Below are positions 1 through 15,548 of a DNA stretch of 64,000 bases, one piece after another. Below the pieces are notes generated by a model. It saw nothing but the letters and a program-made list of their open reading frames with translations, made no database searches and was not told where the DNA came from. The DNA is from the human T2T-CHM13v2.0 reference genome, Homo sapiens, in assembly GCF_009914755.1 (NCBI RefSeq), contig NC_060933.1; one strand, written 5' to 3'. The number at the start of each line of letters is the position of its first letter. The first letter of the stretch is position 1. A program made the position numbers and the translations under genes.

Positions 1-138
<138 letters not shown>

Positions 139-614
139 TGAATATTGGAAACTCTTGCATCATTTCAAGAGCAAACACGAAGAAATAGATCTCTAACTTA
201 GATTAGACCAAAGGAAGAACTCTGTAAGATGCCAGGCTGCTACACAGCGAATGGGCTGCCTTAGAGGAGTTGTGGGGGAAAAAACCTCTTTTTCCAAAAA
301 AAAAAGCCCTGAAATGTAGCTAGTTAGTAGCTAACTAGCTAATGATGAATTTTTCTCATCTACCTTAGTATAGAGTTGGTGCTGGGAGTTTCTTCTTGGC
401 TAATTAGCCCTCTTAGCCATGGTAAGTTGGAGATAACATGTTGAAGATGGGCAGACGCACAAAAAAGAATGTCGCCTGGATCCCTGAGTGACCATTTGGT
501 GGAAAGCTGCCAGACCAGGTACATGGACATTCTACGAATAAGAAATGAACTTCTCTTGTGTTGCAGCGCTGAGATGTATGGACTTTTGTGACAGCAATTA
601 ATATTACCTTGACT

Positions 615-722
615 ATATAGCAAATATGGATAAATGGTTTTGACAAAATTGAGTGATAGGTACAAAGGTTATTGATTACATTCTCTAAAGTTTACTGTAT
701 GCTTAAAACATTTTATAATAAG
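615..722 (+). mobile_element. Old L1M (L1MC/L1ME) 3'-end fragment
   Basis: gcaaatatgg...tgagtgataggtaca...acattttataataa resembles the L1MC/ME terminus. Confidence 0.55.
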
Positions 723-2544
723 TAAGAAACCAGAATGCTCCACGCCTTCAGGAACCCTGAGAAATTCACTACACACATAGTTTACAGAAGGAAGCAAATG
801 AGAAGGAAAAAGTGTATACTAAGGGCTTCCATTGTTTTTTAATGCTCTGTTTCTTTAAAAACAAGTTGTTCTGAGCTAACCTAGCCAAACACTAAAGAAA
901 GGCTACTTGCTCTATTAAACAAGTAAAATCATGTTCCTTAATTGGTCGGCTTTCTTCCCAGAGAGGATAATGTTTCATGAGAGGAATGGAGAGTGTGTAT
1001 GATCCCAGGGAGGCCCTAGACTTGCTTGTAAGGAATGGATCCCAAGAGAAGCAGGAGTGATGTCCGTGACAAGTTCCACACTGGGAGATGCACCGGGGGA
1101 GGTAGTCTGTCTACATTGTCCTTGGAAACTTTTACTGTATTCTCTGAAGATGAGTAAATAGGGAAGGAATTTACTGTTTTTCCTTCCTTTGGCAAATAAT
1201 GACATTTCAGATAATGATAGTGGAAAAGTACTGTTTCTGAAACAATTGTCTTTTAGGAAATTTTAATGTAATCTGCCCATGTGGGGGAAGTATTAACACT
1301 ACCCAGGTTACTTCCACCTTGACTGATTCATCTCAAGCCTCAAGTACAAGAGCCAAGTTTTCACAGGACATAAAATAGGAATTCTTTAACTCCTTGTTAC
1401 TAAGTACCTTCAAGAAGAGCTTTGCCCTACAATGCCCTGTTTATTCAGACTCAAGATCCACAAAGTTTTAAGGACAGCATAAACTCCTCAGATGGCACAA
1501 GCACCTTCTGTAGCCCGGATATAGGAGTGGCTGAGGGAAGGGAGAGGGCTCTCCCATCTAACTGCAAGGTCCAGGGCTGTGGGTTGCCAGGTGCGCACAG
1601 TTAAACAAGACAATGAAACAGGAGAGCTGTGATCTGGATCTGCCAAGAAAGAAGCACTAATCTGTATGGCAGGAATTCCTAGGTACATTCTTTCAGCCAA
1701 GAGGGAGAATCAGAGATGTCTGCATGGAGGAAGTGACATTTGAACTCGACCTTAGATTAACAATGTACCTCTTCAGGAAAGGTCAAGGTTATTGAAAATC
1801 AGTAAAGTGCTTACTGGAGGTTGGGATCAATCAAATTTTATGCTTCACTCATGGTATGCTTTGTGTTTTTAATGGAATATTTCGAACAAACACAAAGGTA
1901 TACAGAAGAATATAACAAATGCTTTTGTACCCATTATCCTGCTTTGTCAGATAACAACATTGAACAGTATTTGCTTTAGGTCTGTAGATCACATAGAAGT
2001 TTCCTCCACCACCCTCCATTTCGTATTCCTCTTTCCCTCCAGAGGTAATGTAATCACTGTCTTGAGAAGGGCACTTGTTTTTCTGATTTGGAATCTGTAT
2101 CCTCTACTTCTCACTCCCCTCCACGGCAGAGGTGCTCGGAGACCATTTGTCCTTTCCATACCTTAGAAGAATTCTCCACCCAGGACTCCACTGGAGTGCA
2201 GGTGGTATGAGTCACAAAGCCTACTGGCCTTGTCCCCAACTCCAGCTAGAACCCAAAAGGTGAAGAAAACAAAGAGCTAGATGTGATCTGCCTTCTGGCT
2301 CTTCCATTTGTGTAGAAGCTGATCTGGGCCGGAAATGGACACTCCAGACATTGCATCTCTGGGGAGATGGTGACCACACTAGACCAACAGTCAGATATCC
2401 TGTTTCCAGCCATAATTCCTCTAGATCCTAGCAATGTGACCACTCAGGACACTGAGTCTCATGGACACCTTTGATTTACCTATAAAATGAAGACACCGCA
2501 TCCCTGAGCTTCAGACCTAGCAGGGCTGAGTCTGTGTGCCTTCC

Positions 2545-2701
2545 CTGTTCCTCCTTGGCACCTTGAGCTGACCACTATTGGCGCATTTTACAACTATGTA
2601 ATAATTACTGACTGATGCCTTTTCCACTTATCTGTGAACTTCCTGAGCGTGGAGACCACGTTCCTGACATGTAACACGTGTTCAATAAATACTGAATGAA
2701 T
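2545..2701 (+). mobile_element. L2 3'-end fragment
   Basis: tgtgaacttcctgag...gtgttcaataaatactgaatgaat terminus. Confidence 0.65.
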
Positions 2702-2736
2702 TAAGCTGACCAAACATAAATATATTTATGAGCTAA

Positions 2737-2853
2737 CATATTTATATACATATGTATATACATATTTATATACATATGCATATACATATTTATATACATA
2801 TGTACTTTATGACCATATGACTTTATGACCTAAAAACTTTATGACTTTATGAC
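2737..2853 (+). repeat. 24-bp AT-rich tandem repeat (2.8 copies) followed by four CTTTATGA units
   Basis: catatttatatacatatgtatata at 2737, 2761, 2785; ctttatga at 2805, 2821, 2837, 2845. Confidence 0.9.
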
Positions 2854-2974
2854 ATACAAACAGCTACCAGGTGTAATTCTCATTTGGCAACACGAATTAG
2901 CATAAATGACATTAGTAGCCAGTACTACCCCATCTTAGCATTAATGCTTATATTGCTGCATCTGGAAATACTCC

Positions 2975-3675
<701 letters not shown>

Positions 3676-4586
3676 CATGGCTCTTGAGAGAACGCCATCC
3701 AATCAGTCGGTCTTGATTTTGATCTTCTAGCCCCCAGATCTCCCCCCGCTGAGGATGCCATGAGTTTGGCTTTACCCACTGTGTGATGACCATTTTCGGA
3801 GCCACCGATGGGCTTCTCCAGCCCTCCTGGCTTTGCGGGGTGTGGGTGTTTGGGTAATGTGATGAAAAAACCTACACCCCAGGCAGTGGGTGTCTGCCTC
3901 TGTACTCCTTCACCTTTCCATTCTATAAAGGTTCCTGGGCATAAAAGTATCCAGCTAAATCCACACACTGGTTAAGAAATGCTAACAGCTGTGAGGAATT
4001 ACATGAGTGGAATTTTCTGACACTTGGCCTGATATGTGGGGTGGGGAGCCAATGTCAAGCATGTTCCAGATTTGGGAGAACAATGGGAAAAATGCTACTA
4101 TGTGGAGAATTCCACAAACATTAGAAACGTAAGATGGTATTAAGGAAAGGCTAAGTAATTTAGCCATGTGGTTCCTCATAACCCTTTAGCCTTGCCACCT
4201 TTAAGCACCCCCTTCAAACCACTGTTTATTTAACATTTGTAATTCTTCTTGATCTCAAAAGCTCATTTCATTTTTCCTGATTATGAAAGTTCACTGTAGA
4301 ATTCTGGAAAATAACAGCAGAATGATTAAGAAATATGGGAACTTTACTGCCACCAGATTCATCACTGTTGGTAAATCTTTAGTACTTCATAGTTTACAAA
4401 TTGCTTCAAAAAAAAAAAAAACTGATGACCATATTGCAAAGAATTGAATATGGTACCTTTTCCATCTACATTGTGTACATCTTAGCATATTATAAAAAGA
4501 CTTCAAAATTTTGGCTTCTTTATCTACTGTAAAGTTAGGTATACATACAAAAAGGCCACATAGCATATATAAACATTTAAAAGAAT

Positions 4587-4894
<308 letters not shown>

Positions 4895-4982
4895 GGATAA
4901 AAACAGTAAAATGAATACCCTGGAATATGATTCTTTCTGAGGACTATATAGCATTTAAACACATGGGAGTTTCATAATTTAA

Positions 4983-5335
<353 letters not shown>

Positions 5336-5974
5336 AATAAGGTGAAATTTTGGGAATGAACTTACCTAGGCAAAGAATATATAACTATTTTTAAATTTTA
5401 ACTCTTTGATATAATTGAAGATTCACATGAGGTTGTAAAAAAATAGTACAGAGAGATCTTGTATAACATTTACCCAATTTCCTCCAATGGTAACATACTA
5501 CCAAGCTACATTACAACATCAAAACCAGGACATTGACATGAGTACAGTCAAGATATAGAACATTTCTGCCACCACAGAATCCTTCATGTTGCTCTACAGC
5601 CATAACCACTTCCCTCCCATCCCCATCCCCACTGAGTCCTTAACTCCTGGCAACCACTAATCTATTCTCCCTTTCTGTAATTTTGCTGTTCCAAATATAT
5701 ACAAATGAAATCATATAGTATGTAACCTTGTGGGATTGGCTTTATTCACTTAGCATAAGTCTCTGAAGATTCATCCAGGTTGTTGCATGTGTAAATAGTT
5801 TATTCTCATTTATTGCTGAGTGGTAACAAAGGCATAAGATATTCAAGGTGTTCCCAGTTTTTGGCTATTACAAATAAAGTGGCTATAAACATTTGTGTAC
5901 AGGTTTTTGTGTGAATATAGTTTTTACTTCTCTGGGACAAATGGCCAGGAGTAGCTGGGTTGTATGGTAGTTGA

Positions 5975-6279
<305 letters not shown>

Positions 6280-6699
6280 TAATATAAGAAACTGCCAACT
6301 GTCTCCCAGAGTGGCTGTACCATTTTACATTCCTGCCAGCAACATGAATGGTTTAGTTCCTCCACATTACCCCCAGCATTTGGTGTTGTCATTGTTTTTT
6401 CTTTTAATCATTCTGATAGGTATAGAGTAATACCTCATTGTGATTTTAATTTTCATTTTCCTAATAGCTAATGAATGATATTGAGGATCATTTCATGGAT
6501 TTGCCATCTGTATATCTTCTTCACCGAAATGCCTCTTCATGTCTTTTGGCCATTTTCTAATTGGATCAGTTTTTTATAACTGATTTTTTTGAAATTTTAA
6601 AAATATAGATCTAGCTCTTTGTTGGATATATGGCTTGGAAATATTTTCTCCAAGTTTGTAGCTTGTCTTTCCGTCCTTTTAATATAATCTTAAAGTTGA

Positions 6700-7027
<328 letters not shown>

Positions 7028-8676
7028 CAGATTGGATAATTTCTAATCTGTCTTCCAGCTCACTGATTCTTTCTCTGTCTCTCTATGTTCTGTTGCTCAG
7101 CCAATCCATTGAGTATATTGTTTTGGTTATATTTTTTAATTCTAAAATTTCCATTTTGTTCCTCTCTATATGTCTTATTTCTTTGTTGAGACTATTTTTT
7201 CCTGTTTCTAACCTGTTTATAATTGCTCATTGAAACATTATCATGGCAGCTTTAAAATCTTTGTCAGACAATACTAACATCCCTGCCACCTTGTGACTGG
7301 CATATCTCGATTGTCCTTGTCATTCAGTTTGAGATCTTCCTGATACTTGGTATAGTCACTTTCCATTGACTCAGACATTTTGAATATTATGAGACTGAAT
7401 CTTATTCTGTTTTAGTGGTCTTACTCTGACCCTGCTCTGGCAGGGTAAGTCGGGGAGGGGAGCCACCTTGCTATACTACAGGGGCTCCTCGATCCTGCTG
7501 GGTGACGGTTGGGAGATCTGGTTCCCCCTGGCCTCCACTGAGACCTCCCTGCTGGGAGAGGTAGGAGAGCCTCATTGCTGCTCCCCATGTGATCTTTCCC
7601 TGTGCCACGGTTGGGGTGGCCTTGTTAATGTTGTCCAGTGCTGAAAGTCCTGCCTCTCCACTAGGCCTCCTGTGACAGCAACCCAGCAGGAGAGGGAGAG
7701 ATCTCTTGGTACCTCTTCGTGGGAATGTGAGTCTCAGCTTTCTCTGACACTGCCCAAGAAGGGGGGTTGGGTGAGAGTGGGAGGCTAGACTTCCCTCTGA
7801 GTCTTTGCTGAGTCTTTGCTGGCATGGGTGTGGGTGGGGCCACAGTGTTTTTCTTGGTGTTTGGCTACAGCAGGGTGGCTATTGCTTAAACTTTGTCTGT
7901 CTTCTAGCTTGTCCTTTCTTGGTGCTTCGGTCTCAGGGAGCAGGCCTTTGTTGGAGCTTTTTTGTCTGTGCCCCTTGCTGTTTCCAGTCACTGGCATCTT
8001 TAGCTCAGAGTCTGGAATATATGAGGCAATAAAGAAACCCAGGCAACTCAACACCGTGTCCTTCCTTGGGCCCTGAGGTCCCTGCTCATCTTCCTTATTC
8101 TTTCCACCCTTCAGAGTCTTCTTATGTGTGTTTTAAATATAATGTCAAGGATTTTTAGTTGTACTTAGCAGAAGGAATCTGGAAAAGTATGCCTACTCTA
8201 TGTTTCCAGAAATGGGGGTTCCCATATCTTTTTAATTCTCAAATAGGACATGACCTGTTCTGAACACCAGTCCTCATGGGTGATCAACGGTGCCCACTGC
8301 AGGGCAGTTGTAATGCACATCAGTCTTTATGGGCTGATCCTCAAGGTATTTGAGGAAGAGATAAAGATGTAAAAGGTAAAGATCCTAGATGAGAGAGGCA
8401 CCCAATAAATGCTTTCATAATGAACCAATGATGTACAAATGCCAGTGATTTCAAAAACTTCAACTGAGCTTCCCATAGAAGTATGGAGGAACTTGCTAAA
8501 TGAAAAATGACTTCAGAAACTACGTGATGTTCATTTCTCTCCCTCCCCAAACTTCCCATTCCTTTGCATGAATGTGAGCCCTGTGCTTGCACTGATTTCT
8601 AAAAATGCTCAAATGCTCTATGGAAATACAACTAATACCTAAGTACACAAAGAAATTTACATCAAATTTCAGGATT

Positions 8677-9003
8677 TTTTTTTTTTTTTTTTGAGACAGA
8701 GTCTTGCTCTTGCTCTGTGGCCCAGGCTGGAGTGCAGTGGTGTGATCTCGGCTCACTGCAGCCTCCACCCACCGAGTTCAAGCCTCACCCTCCTGAATAG
8801 CTAGGATTACAGGTGCCTGCCACCACACCCAGCTAATTTTTTTGTATTTTCACTAGAAACGGGGTTTCACCGTAATATATTTGTAGTAGAGATGGGGTTT
8901 CACCATGTTGGCCAGGCTGGTTTTGAACTCCTGACCTCAAGTGATCCACCTGCCTCAGCCTCCAAAGTGCTAGGATTGCAGGTGTGAGCCACGGTGCCTG
9001 ACC
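8677..9003 (-). mobile_element. AluS with internal tandem duplication
   Basis: 14-bp TSD caaatttcaggatt (8663-8676 / 9005-9018). Confidence 0.95.
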
Positions 9004-9559
9004 CCAAATTTCAGGATTCTAAGGAAGAATGCAACAGATGGAATGTGTTTAAAAACAGGGAAGCAAAGTGGCCTCCAGTGAGACCCTATCACCTCTCTAC
9101 TTATACTGTCCCCAAATTACCTATTCCAACAGGCTTTATCGCCTACTTTTGTTAAGTTTCCATCTCAGCAGTGAGAATTTAAATAACTGCCATCATAGCC
9201 AACTTAAGCTATGAGTAATGGAAACAAATCTTTTTCACCAACTTCCATCAGAAATTCTTTTCAAGGGCCCTTATAAACGCGATCTTTTTTTCTAAGCCTT
9301 AAATATTTGATCTCTTGCTTGAGACTATACAAACCAGATCTTCATTTCACAAGACCTGCTCTCATAGGGAATCTGCTGTCTACAGGGATTTAGCCTGCAG
9401 GGCAAGCTCATAACACCACCCAGGACACTCTTCTGAAGGCCAAAAGCCAGAAATGTTTGAAGAAGGAAAAGCTCCTAGAAGACTCATTACCATAACCCAG
9501 TTATCAGCCTGTTCCTCACCAAAAGAAATGGCCTGAAAAAATATGATCTCCCTTTCTTT

Positions 9560-9995
<436 letters not shown>

Positions 9996-10409
9996 TGACT
10001 TTAAATTGTAATTCACTGCATCTTCCAAAGTTGAAAGTCCCTAATCATTTGTACTCCCCCTTGCCTGGGAGAATGTAGAATTAGAGATATGAATTTCAAC
10101 TGGAGAACTGATGAATAAATAACCCATATCTGCTTTTACAGAGAGTAAGTCTGGCCAAGGATACAGTTTAGTGGACAGACTAAATTTGAGAGCCTAAGTA
10201 GAAACAGCCTGGTGAATAAATAATATATATTTATAATACAGCACTTTTGAAAGCATAGGCTGAATAAGAAACTATTTTTAATGTCTGCATTTGTTATCTT
10301 TCAATCTCTTTAAATAAACTTGGCAAAGGCTCTTTGAATAACGGCATGAATAATCAAATTATGAATTACCACAAAGTCAAGCCAGAATTAGTTGCCTTTC
10401 TCCCTTCCC

Positions 10410-10620
10410 GGTTACACTTTGCACAGTGCTCCAGACTGGTATTCATGGTGCTGTATTGTAAATTACCAGTCTATGTGGCTGACTCTCTCCTCCATTTCCC
10501 TGCAGACTGGAAGTCCTTCATGGCAGGATGAGTCGTAATTCATTTTTGTTCTTGAGGACACAGCAGTGTCTGAACAAAACTCAGGAAATGAATAAATGCA
10601 TGGGTGAATGAATGAACGAA
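10410..10620 (+). mobile_element. L2 3'-end fragment
   Basis: agactggaagtccttcatggcagg...tgaatgaatgaacgaa. Confidence 0.7.
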
Positions 10621-10999
10621 CTAAGGAGGAATTAATTAGCAGATTTTGAGTCGCATGCTGTTTGCTAGTCAGAAATTTCAGAAATTTTCCGATGTGACAA
10701 AGAAGGACATAAACCAAGATGTGGTTTTCCAGCAGAGAGGAAGGACTACAGCTGTAGCAAGGCACCATCATTTCTGCCTTATTTTTATATAAAGCTTTGA
10801 AGTATGTGACTCTATATAAATGCATGGGACAGCACCCTTCTTTTAATCAGGTAACAGGTGCATGATAAATATATTTTCCTTTTTTTGGTTGGCAGGGGGC
10901 CTTGGGTGAAAATAGGTTAGACCAGCACTATCTGATAGAAATATGAGAGCCACTTATGAAATTTAAAACTTTTTAGTAGCCATTAAAAATGTAAAAAGA

Positions 11000-11322
11000 G
11001 GCTGGGTATGGTGGCTCATGCCTGTAAGTAAGCTCAGCACTTTGGAAGGCCGAGGTGGGAGGATCACTTGAGGCCAGGAGTTCAAGATTAGTCTGGACCA
11101 CACAGAGAGACCCCATCCTCTACAAAAAAAAAATAATTAAATAAACAAATAAAATTAGCCAGGCATGGTGGTGCATGCCTGTAGTACTACCTACTTGGGA
11201 GGCTGAGGTGGGAGGATTGCTTGAGCTCAGGAGGTTGAGGTTGCAGTGGGTTATGATCACACCACCGCACTCCAGCTTAACCAACAGAGTGAGACCCTGT
11301 CTCTTAAAAAAAAAAAAAAAAA
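11000..11322 (+). mobile_element. AluJ nested in MER33
   Basis: ggaggattgcttgagc and tatgatc diagnostics; TSD aaaaaga. Confidence 0.93.
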
Positions 11323-11418
11323 GAAATGAGAAACTAATTTTAATAAAATATTTTAAGTCAATAGATCCAAAACATCATCATTTCAACATGCAATCAATGT
11401 AAAAAATTATTCATGAGA

Positions 11419-11787
<369 letters not shown>

Positions 11788-12734
11788 TCAAACCATCCAC
11801 ATTTCAAAGACTGAACAGCCACATGGGGCTAGTCACTACCATATTGGACAGCAAAGAGTTAGAAAACAAATTAGTGCTCATTTGCAGCAACTACCTTTCA
11901 TTTGGGTTTCTGATACCATTAATTTCCTCCACCTATCCCAGGACTCTTAATCACTTATCCTCACATTATCAGAATGGTTTGAGATATCTTGCCTCTTATA
12001 AGTCACTGGAAATCTTATTTGGAAGTGTACAGGATAAAAATTCTAAAGGGATAAAGAACATAGCAGATTTTATCCACATTTCCCAGTTGAAAGTAAGTTC
12101 AGAGCCACAAGATATCTCTAGTCACACAGCTAGTAAGTCTTCAGGCCACAACTACAGCCTAGGTTTTAGGACACTAATTTCAACATGCCTTTGCCTCCAT
12201 CTCACCATCTCTTTTAAAAGTCAGAACACTTCAGAGCAGGAAAATACTCAGCTTGTTTGGGAGTTAAATAATGAAGAGAAAGAATCTCTTGCTTCAATAT
12301 GCTTACCCAATTCCTACATAAAAGTCCAAATGGCTCGTTGGGGTGAGGAAGAGGTCAGGTCTCAAAAGGAAGTTATTTCCCCAACTTGAAAGATACTTGG
12401 TTCCCTTCCAAAGGCAGGAAAACCTTTTAAAAATAAATCAATCAATCCTCATTTTTAAGAACAAACATGTAGAGCATGGATGCTGGATCCAATGCCATGG
12501 CTGAGAAAATGTCACCGTCAAAGCCAAGAACAGCAACTGAACCCCCGAGCATCACAAATCTTATTGGAATTCATAAAAAAACAGCTGTATTTCCCTCTGT
12601 TTTCATTGAGTCTAACCTTGTATGCTATTTCTTAAATAAACACACAAAGCATTACTCCAATAATCAGAAAAACAGCTGTTTGTTTTTAACGGCTCCTCTT
12701 TTCCTAATTTCTACCTCTTGTCCAGCTCACTCTT

Positions 12735-13217
<483 letters not shown>

Positions 13218-13955
13218 TAAGAAAGAAAATACATCTAGAAAATGCATTTAGACCTGCTAAGTGTCGGAAAAAGTAAATTTTGTTCCTTTCATTTAAAAAA
13301 ATGATTTGTGGCATTGGTATGATATATCACACGAGTTGTTTTATTTAGTGAAGGACAGAACAAATGAGCAAATATGTTGAGATGCTTGAGAACCAGAGCT
13401 GTCACGATGGAAGAAGAGAAATATGGACTGTGATGAGGTGGGGTGGACAAAGGTGGTGTTGGATTAAAATTGGAGACGACTGATTAAAATGTCTGCATGC
13501 ATTTGTATGCATGCATGTTTGTGTATATGTCTTGCTGGAAATCTTATTTCTGAACAGCCACATGGGGCTAGTCACTACCACAGTACGTGTATATATGTGT
13601 GCGTGAGTGTATGTTTATGTTTCCCCAGCTCTGTTCATTGATAGGGTGAGAAGCATGTAACAACCAAATACATGGCAACAAGCTCCCCAAGCAACCAGAT
13701 CTTGTTTCTGACTACAGTTCCCCTGTAGAAGAACCAGGCCTCCTTGGAGAAATGGCTGTGTCCAAGACTGGGTCAGGGAAAATAAAAGTTGACCTTAAAC
13801 ATCTTGTGCCAGAAAACAAGAATATACTGGGAGGATAAGGAGGGATGCAGAAGTAGCTTGAAGGGGCTCCTATTGGCCAATTTCCAGCATCAAGGAGTAT
13901 AATTTCTGGTAACATACTAAAATGAAAAGGAAGAAATAAGAACTTAGTGAGGGTA

Positions 13956-14521
13956 TTTTTTTTGCAGTAAAAAATACCTAACATAAAGTTTAACTATTTT
14001 TAAGTGTACAGTTTAGGGCATTAATACATTCACGTTGTCATGCAACCATCACCACCATCCCTCTCCAGAACTTTTTCATCACTGCAAACTGAAACTCTGT
14101 ACTCATTTGGTAAGAACTCCCCATTGGCCCCTCCCCACGCTCAGTCCCTGCCATCCACCATTCTACTTTCTGTCTCTATGAATTTAACTACACTAGGTAC
14201 CTCATATAAGGGGAATCATATAATATTTGCCTTTTTCTGTCTGGCTTACATCACTGAGCATACTTTCAAAGTTCATCCATGCTGTGGTATGTGTCAGAAT
14301 TTCATTTCTTTTTGAGGCCGAATCATATTCCATTGCATGTATATACCACATTTTGTTTACCCATTCATCCACTGACGGGCATGTGGGTTGTTTACACCAT
14401 TTGGCTATTGTGAATAATGTTGCTATGAACATGGGTATGTAAAAAGCTCTTTGAGACCCTGTTTCCAAATTATTTTGGGTTTACACCCAAAAGTGATAAT
14501 GCTATGTTTAATTTTTTGAGA
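13956..14521 (-). mobile_element. L1MB (L1MB3-like) 5'-truncated 3' end
   Basis: ORF2 C-terminal relic PMFIATLFTIAKWCKQPTCPSVDEWVNKMWYIH (ORF 14202..14468) plus L1MB 3' UTR. Confidence 0.85.
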
Positions 14522-14753
14522 CCCAGTGAGTTTTCTAAAAAGAGGGAGAAGGAATACGTTCCCTCCAGAAAATTACTAGATAAATGTAAAAAATCTGATC
14601 ATTTTTAAAATTACTATATTGTACCCATTTATGTAATAGATCTTACTGGCAAGGATCACCAGTGGATGCTAATGGGTGGAGAACAGGATGTGCAGAGAGT
14701 GGTGAATGTCACCCTTCATATTACTTATTAATCACAAGACAAAGATTCTTGTA

Positions 14754-14832
14754 TAGGTTGGTGAGAAAGTAATCGCGGTTTTTGTCATTGAAAGTAATGA
14801 CAAAAACGGCAATTACTTTTGCACCAACCTAA
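14754..14832. mobile_element. MADE1 (Hsmar1-derived MITE) hairpin
   Basis: taggttggtg...aaagtaat...tttttgtcatt-gaaagt-aatgacaaaaa...attacttttgcaccaacctaa; 36-bp arms, 6-nt loop, upstream TA. Confidence 0.95.
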
Positions 14833-14965
14833 TGCAATGACAAGATCCAGTGGAAACCAAATTATCCCAGTGATCAAAACTTAGCATCAACAACAGTGGG
14901 GCAAACTGGCATAAAATGCCTCTTAAAGTGTCTAGTGGGAACGACACATCACTACGTAGTAGTCT

Positions 14966-15360
14966 TTGTTTTTTAATAACAGTTTTCTTGTGATAGAATT
15001 CACTTTTCATATTTACAATTTAAAGTCTACAATTCAATTATTTTTAGTATATTCACAGGGCTGTGCAACCATCAAAATAATTTTTAGAGCATTTTCAATC
15101 ATCCTCAGAAGAAACCATATATCCATTAGCAGTCAACCCTCATTGCCTTCCAACTCCCCCAGCTCTAGACACTCACCAGTCTTCTTTTTCTCTCTATTGA
15201 TTTGCCTGTTCTGGAAATTTCAGATCAATGGGACTATACAATATCTGGTCTTATGTGACTGGCTTCTTTCATTTAACACAGGTTTCCAAGGTTCATGCAT
15301 GTTGTAGCTTGTGTCAGCGCTTATTATTGAATAATATTCCAGTATATGGACGTTGCACAC

Positions 15361-15362
<2 letters not shown>
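14966..15362 (-). mobile_element. L1MB 3'-end fragment
   Basis: tttttagtatattcacagggctgtgcaaccatc...gactggcttctttcatttaaca. Confidence 0.8.

Positions 15363-15548
<186 letters not shown>

Larger units (their letters stand above)
13290..14960 (+). mobile_element. L1MC3/4-like 3' UTR fragment hosting an L1MB, a MADE1 and a templated insertion
   Basis: ctccttggagaaatggctg...aaacatcttgtgccagaaa...gaaggggctcctattggcc and later ggcaaggatcaccagtggatgctaa motifs. Confidence 0.65.

Noticed and set aside
2805-2853. CTTTATGAC units with 7-nt variable spacers, resembling a repeat-spacer array or CDX/HOX sites
   Set aside because: Too short and adjacent to an AT-rich slippage tract; best explained as a degenerate minisatellite.
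11823-12389. Longest ORF (188 aa) as a novel gene
   Set aside because: It starts inside the MER33 end, crosses MIR-like sequence, has no recognisable domain and has intron-like composition; compatible with chance.
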